Assembly: GCA_043797125.1 (NCBI GenBank)
Contig: JAZDPX010000012.1
Location: 24,376-88,375, forward strand
Origin: Candidatus Omnitrophota bacterium
GTDB taxonomy: Bacteria; Omnitrophota; Gorgyraeia; JABMRG01; JAFGKX01
Direction of reading: 5' to 3'
Length of the DNA stretch: 64,000 nt
Part shown: positions 59,655-64,000 of the stretch, one piece after another
Position numbering within the stretch: position 1 is the stretch's first letter
Layout: every line of letters begins with the position of its first letter
Program-made: the position numbers and the translations under genes
The notes under the pieces: model-generated
Database searches by the model: none
What the model was told of the DNA's origin: nothing
Seen by the model: only the letters and a program-made list of their open reading frames with translations

Positions 59655-59891
59655 ATGATAAACACAGGAGCAGGGCATATGGATATCATAAAAAAATTAG
59701 AGCTGTACCGTCTTGAGAACAAGATCACACAGCAGGATTTAGCCAAGGAGCTGGGTGTTGCTTTTTCGACCGTGAGCCGATGGTTTAACGGCAAGACCGT
59801 TCCCAGTAAAATCCAGCAGTATCATGTCGAGAAGTATTTAACCAAGAAGAAAATAACATTTTCGGCTAAGAGCGTAAAAGAGGTCAAGTAA
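59655..59891 (+). CDS. XRE-family HTH regulator (start 59655 or 59679)
   Basis: ITQQDLAKELGVAFSTVSRWFNG; AGGAG before both ATGs; TTGACT-17-TATAAG promoter at 59598-59626. Confidence 0.88.
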   Translation: MINTGAGHMDIIKKLELYRLENKITQQDLAKELGVAFSTVSRWFNGKTVPSKIQQYHVEKYLTKKKITFSAKSVKEVK

Positions 59892-59892
59892 G

Positions 59893-61341
59893 ATGAAATA
59901 TAAAATCTTTGTCAGTGGTGCACAGAAGGAGTTGAAGAAAGAACGCCGGGCAGTCAAAGAGTTTATCCGTAAGGATGCGCTTTTATCAGAATATTTCGAT
60001 GTTTTTCTTTTTGAGGATTCTCCCGCCAAGAGTAAATCAGCCGAAGTAGCTTACATCGAAGAAGTCCGCAAAAGCGACATTTACATCGGCATTCTCGGAC
60101 AGCAATATGGCGGCTCCGGAAAAGAAAAGATGTCGCCGACAGAAGCAGAATTCCGCGAAGCCAAGGTGAAACACAAGGAAATATTGATCTATATTAAAGG
60201 TCAAAACACCGCAGATAAGCTCCGTGACGGTGGTATGCAGGAATTTATAACGGAAATTAAAAATCCGAAGGCAGGGTACAGTTATGGAAGATTTGATACT
60301 GCTACCGAATTAACCAATCTGGTTTACGAGAGCCTGATATCCTTTCTTAAAGAAAAAGGTGAGATTGGAAAGGCGGGATTTGATCAACGAATTTGCGAGG
60401 GGGCTAAGCTATCCGACATTGACGAGAATAAGGTTAAATGGTTTTTAAAGACAGCGCGGTCAAAACGTAATTTCCCGCTTGGGTTGGATGCTTCCGTGAC
60501 CGACATTTTTATTCATTTGAAACTACTCAAGGACGGTAAGCTGACTAATGCCGCCATTTTATTATTCGGCAAGAATCCGCGAAAGTTTTTTGATCAGGCA
60601 AAGATCAAGTGTGTGCAATTGCCCAGCACTGAGGTCGTGAAGCCGTTTTCGTCGTATCATATTTATGAGGAAGAAAACCTCTTTGAACAAGTCGATAAGG
60701 CAGTATCGTTTGTTTTGGATGCCATTAAATTTCCTGTCATTCAACAATCGCATACAGTGCAGGTAGCGCGGCCTCGTGAGATACCTGAGTTTGCTATCCA
60801 TGAAGCAATCGTTAATGCTGTAGCGCATCGTGATTACAATACAACGTCATCTGTTCAGGTGATGGTTTTTCTCGATCGCGTTGAGATATGGAATTCCGGA
60901 ACGCTTCCCGGGAATCTCAAAGTGGAGGATCTAAGAAAACCACATTCTTCACATCCGTCAAATCCGACGTTAGCGAGTGTTCTATTTTTTGGAGACTATA
61001 TACAACAGGTGGGATCCGGCACAACGGAAATGATTCGACAGTGTAAAGAACATGGACTTCCGGAGCCGGAGTTCATTTCAGTGCGAAATCTTGAGTTTAA
61101 GACGATACTGGCAAGGGATGTCTTTACGGAAACTAATCTTGCCCAAATGGGGCTTAATGACCGTCAGGTTAAGGCTATCAAGTATATCAAGGAGCATAGG
61201 CAAATTTCGCGTAAAGACTATGTTAGTTTGGTATCTATATCTCCTCGGCAAGCTCTAATTGATCTCACAGAACTGGTAGAGAAGAAAGTCTTAATATTGA
61301 TAGGCAAGGGAAGATCGTCTAAATATACATTGCGCAAATAA
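59893..61341 (+). CDS. DUF4062 domain + HATPase_c_4 (RecG C-terminal-like) + C-terminal HTH protein
   Basis: IFVSG..ER, SDIYIGILGQQYG, TEAEF; AAILLFG, EAIVNAVAHRDY, NP, GSG; winged-HTH-like end. Confidence 0.75.
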   Translation: MKYKIFVSGAQKELKKERRAVKEFIRKDALLSEYFDVFLFEDSPAKSKSAEVAYIEEVRKSDIYIGILGQQYGGSGKEKMSPTEAEFREAKVKHKEILIYIKGQNTADKLRDGGMQEFITEIKNPKAGYSYGRFDTATELTNLVYESLISFLKEKGEIGKAGFDQRICEGAKLSDIDENKVKWFLKTARSKRNFPLGLDASVTDIFIHLKLLKDGKLTNAAILLFGKNPRKFFDQAKIKCVQLPSTEVVKPFSSYHIYEEENLFEQVDKAVSFVLDAIKFPVIQQSHTVQVARPREIPEFAIHEAIVNAVAHRDYNTTSSVQVMVFLDRVEIWNSGTLPGNLKVEDLRKPHSSHPSNPTLASVLFFGDYIQQVGSGTTEMIRQCKEHGLPEPEFISVRNLEFKTILARDVFTETNLAQMGLNDRQVKAIKYIKEHRQISRKDYVSLVSISPRQALIDLTELVEKKVLILIGKGRSSKYTLRK

Positions 61342-61345
61342 TGTT

Positions 61346-61382
61346 CGATTAGTGCGCGATTTGCGCGATTAGTGCGCGATTA
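61346..61382 (+). repeat. Short tandem repeat CGATT(AG)TGCG
   Basis: CGATTAGTGCG CGATTTGCG CGATTAGTGCG CGATTA. Confidence 0.75.
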
Positions 61383-61412
61383 AATAAGCGAAGAACAGAG
61401 AAGAGAAGAATA

Positions 61413-62114
61413 GTGAAGGAAAGAAAAGCGACAGGTATAAAGACTTGGCCGGAGGATGATAGGCCGCGTGAGAAGTTGCTCAAGAAGGGTGCAGGGGCTT
61501 TGAGTAATTCAGAGCTTCTGGCTATTCTTCTTCGCACCGGCACGCAAGGCACCAGCGCAATTGACCTTGCTCGCAAGGTTTTGAAGAAATTCGGCACGTT
61601 CCGGAACATGGCGCATACGGATTCGCGCGATTGGAAGGATCTCAAGGGTTTAGGCGGGGCTAAGATTGCCCACATTCAGGCCGCGCTTGAAATCGGGCGG
61701 CGCTATCGCGAGGACGATGTGTCCACCGGGAAGCAGAAGATCGCCTCTGCCAAGGATGTTGTAGATATCGTCATGCCTCAGCTCCGCGACCTTAAGACGG
61801 AGGTGTTTAAGGTCGTTTACCTTGATAGTAATAACCGTATTATCGACATCGTGGATACCGCGGTTGGAACCGTTGATCAGGCATTCCCGATTGTCCGTGA
61901 AATAATCCACGCCGCCTTGCAGAAATTCGCGAAATCAATCGTTTGTGCTCACAATCACCCATCTGGCGAGGTTAATCCAAGCCGGGGCGATATCACTTTT
62001 ACGAATGAGCTTTATAACGCTGGGAAACTTATGCAGGTCGATATTTTGGATCACCTCATAGTAGGAAATGACAAATTTTACAGTTTTGCCGATGAAAATA
62101 AACTTGTAAGTTGA
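61413..62114 (+). CDS. radC: RadC/JAB-domain protein
   Basis: [33 protein letters not shown]. Confidence 0.93.
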   Translation: MKERKATGIKTWPEDDRPREKLLKKGAGALSNSELLAILLRTGTQGTSAIDLARKVLKKFGTFRNMAHTDSRDWKDLKGLGGAKIAHIQAALEIGRRYREDDVSTGKQKIASAKDVVDIVMPQLRDLKTEVFKVVYLDSNNRIIDIVDTAVGTVDQAFPIVREIIHAALQKFAKSIVCAHNHPSGEVNPSRGDITFTNELYNAGKLMQVDILDHLIVGNDKFYSFADENKLVS

Positions 62115-62128
62115 GGGAAGGGAATACT

Positions 62129-63679
62129 ATGGCACAAAATCATATAGCAGAGCTTGAGAAGCGATTGTGGGCGGTGGCTGACGAGTTACGAGCCAATTCT
62201 GATTTAAAGGCATCCGAATATTCAGCGCCAGTATTAGGGCTAATCTTTTTAAGATACGCAGATTATCGTTTCACCAAGCAAGAAAAGATACTCTCCGAGA
62301 AATCTACCAGCCGCAGAAAAATTAGTAAAACAGATTACCAAGCCGCAGGCGTTATGTATTTGCCTGATGAAGCGCGCTTTGCTTTTCTGTTGAACTTGCC
62401 GGAAGGTGCGGATATCGGCAAAGCGATCAATGAAGCTATGAAAGCGGTTGAACGCGAAAACGAAGACCTCAAAGGCATTCTTCCTAAAACGTACAACAGA
62501 TTTGACAACAACCTTTTGGTTGAACTGATTAAATTAATGTCATCAATTAAGGAAGATATCGAAGGTGATGCTTTCGGGAAAATTTATGAGTACTTCTTGG
62601 GTGAGTTTGCCATGACCGAAGGACAGCAAGGCGGGGAGTTTTTTACGCCGACTTCTGTTGTCAAATTGATCGTTTCAATTATCCAGCCGTTTCACGGGAA
62701 AATATTTGATCCGGCATGCGGATCGGGCGGTATGTTTGTCCAGAGTGCTGAGTTCGTAGAGGAGCACAAAAAGAAAGCCGTTGATGAGATTAGTATTTAT
62801 GGGGAGGAAAAAACGCGGGAGACGGTCAATCTCTGCAAAATGAACTTAGCGGTTCACGGATTATCGGGTGATGTTCTGCAGGGGAATTCTTATTATGAAG
62901 ATTTGCACAATATGGCTGGTGCATTCGACTTTGTCATGGCCAATCCTCCATTCAACGTCAATCGCATTGATAAAGATCGGATCAAGAATGACCGCAAGCG
63001 ATTTCCGTTTGGAATGCCATCGGCAGATAATGGCAATTACCTTTGGATTCAACTTTTTTACAGTGCGCTGAATGAAAAGGGGCGGGCAGGGTTCGTTATG
63101 GCCACTTCAGCAAGCGATGCCCGTGGAAGCGAGCAAGAAATCCGAAAGAAGTTAATTGATGATAAGACGGTAGATGTAGTGATAGCAGTTGGGTCGAATT
63201 TCTTTTATACGGTCACTTTGCCGGTGACACTGTGGTTTCTCGATAGGGCTAAAAAGAAAAGCGATCGCAAAGACAAAGTGCTTTTTATCGATGCTCGTAA
63301 AATCTTTAATCAGATAGATAGAGCCCATCGGGAATTCTTACCCGAACAGGTAGAGCTTATCGCAAATATTGTCAGAATGTACCGCGGTGAAAATATCGAA
63401 ATAGAACATGGTAGTGAAAAATTCATGAAGGAAAGCTTCCCGAAGGGAAGGTATCAAGATATTACCGGTCTGTGCAAGGTAGCTACCTTGAAGGATATTG
63501 AAGAATTAGGTCTCAGTTTAAATCCCGGTCGATATGTTGGGATAGTTGAGGATGAACGAGACGGTTTTGATTTTAAGGAAAGATTAGAAGTGCTGAATGA
63601 GGAATTGCAGACACTAAATGTTGAGGCGAAAGAGCTTGAGGGGACAATTTCTGAGAACATAAGCAAGATATTGGGTTAA
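62129..63679 (+). CDS. hsdM: Type I restriction-modification methyltransferase subunit
   Basis: [27 protein letters not shown]. Confidence 0.95.
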   Translation: MAQNHIAELEKRLWAVADELRANSDLKASEYSAPVLGLIFLRYADYRFTKQEKILSEKSTSRRKISKTDYQAAGVMYLPDEARFAFLLNLPEGADIGKAINEAMKAVERENEDLKGILPKTYNRFDNNLLVELIKLMSSIKEDIEGDAFGKIYEYFLGEFAMTEGQQGGEFFTPTSVVKLIVSIIQPFHGKIFDPACGSGGMFVQSAEFVEEHKKKAVDEISIYGEEKTRETVNLCKMNLAVHGLSGDVLQGNSYYEDLHNMAGAFDFVMANPPFNVNRIDKDRIKNDRKRFPFGMPSADNGNYLWIQLFYSALNEKGRAGFVMATSASDARGSEQEIRKKLIDDKTVDVVIAVGSNFFYTVTLPVTLWFLDRAKKKSDRKDKVLFIDARKIFNQIDRAHREFLPEQVELIANIVRMYRGENIEIEHGSEKFMKESFPKGRYQDITGLCKVATLKDIEELGLSLNPGRYVGIVEDERDGFDFKERLEVLNEELQTLNVEAKELEGTISENISKILG

Positions 63680-63681
63680 AC

Positions 63682-64000
63682 ATGATGCAGTACAAAACTA
63701 TTGATGACATAGCATTTATCAATCCCGACTCGATCAAGCGGGGGTATCCTCATAATGATATCGAATATATCGATATTGCTTCTGTTGGTTCCGGGAATTT
63801 GATGAAAACCACATCAATCACTTTATCTGAGGCATCGAGCAGGGCTAAACGTTTGGTAAAAAATGGCGACACTATTTTGTCTACAGTGCGGCCGAATCGA
63901 CGGTCTTTTTTATATGTTAAAAAGCCAAAGGATAATATTGTCGTATCAACTGGCTTCGTGGTGTTGAGAGCTAAGAATGGGACGGACCCGAGGTATTTGT
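63682..64000 (+). CDS. hsdS: Type I R-M specificity subunit (3'-truncated by window edge)
   Basis: Own translation MMQYKTIDDIAFINP..SRAKRLVKNGDTILSTVRP..VSTGFVVLR; starts 2 nt after the hsdM stop. Confidence 0.88.
   Translation, partial: MMQYKTIDDIAFINPDSIKRGYPHNDIEYIDIASVGSGNLMKTTSITLSEASSRAKRLVKNGDTILSTVRPNRRSFLYVKKPKDNIVVSTGFVVLRAKNGTDPRYL

Larger units (their letters stand above)
58096..64000. mobile_element. Probable genomic island (right end outside the window)
   Basis: Starts at the truncated miaB-like gene; apparent codon-style shift (by eye); XRE, DUF4062, radC and type I R-M cargo; no integrase in the window. Confidence 0.55.

Noticed and set aside
59186-59794. Small ORFs in the island intergenic region
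   Set aside because: No recognisable domains, and they overlap each other or the XRE gene

Overview
Chromosomal window from a low-GC diderm bacterium; gene content and order resemble the PVC group, possibly Omnitrophota (inference). In order: a PAS histidine kinase and two receiver proteins; a type IV pilus/T2SS-like cluster (pilB, pilC, five prepilins, a PilM-PilN fusion, pilO, no secretin); a GT-C/TPR membrane protein; three tRNAs; ptsN-yvcK-ptsH-ptsI, metK, ahcY, pilU/pilT, pfkA; lptG-lptF-comF; fba, mnmA; a biotin operon with a BirA-type operator; rpe, rpiB, rlmN, apbE, feoAB, pstSCABB-phoU, cstA, pit. From about 58.1 kb a probable genomic island begins at a truncated miaB-like 5' end and carries an XRE regulator, a DUF4062-ATPase-like-HTH protein, radC and a type I R-M system. 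The main unexplained structure is a set of nested, modular palindromic repeats. They often start at TAA stop codons, bracket bioA and a signal-peptide HAD gene, and enter reading frames; one forms the in-frame linker of a BioH-BioC fusion. The two PstB paralogues show complementary motif degeneracy. All calls come from reading the sequence; no database searches were run.
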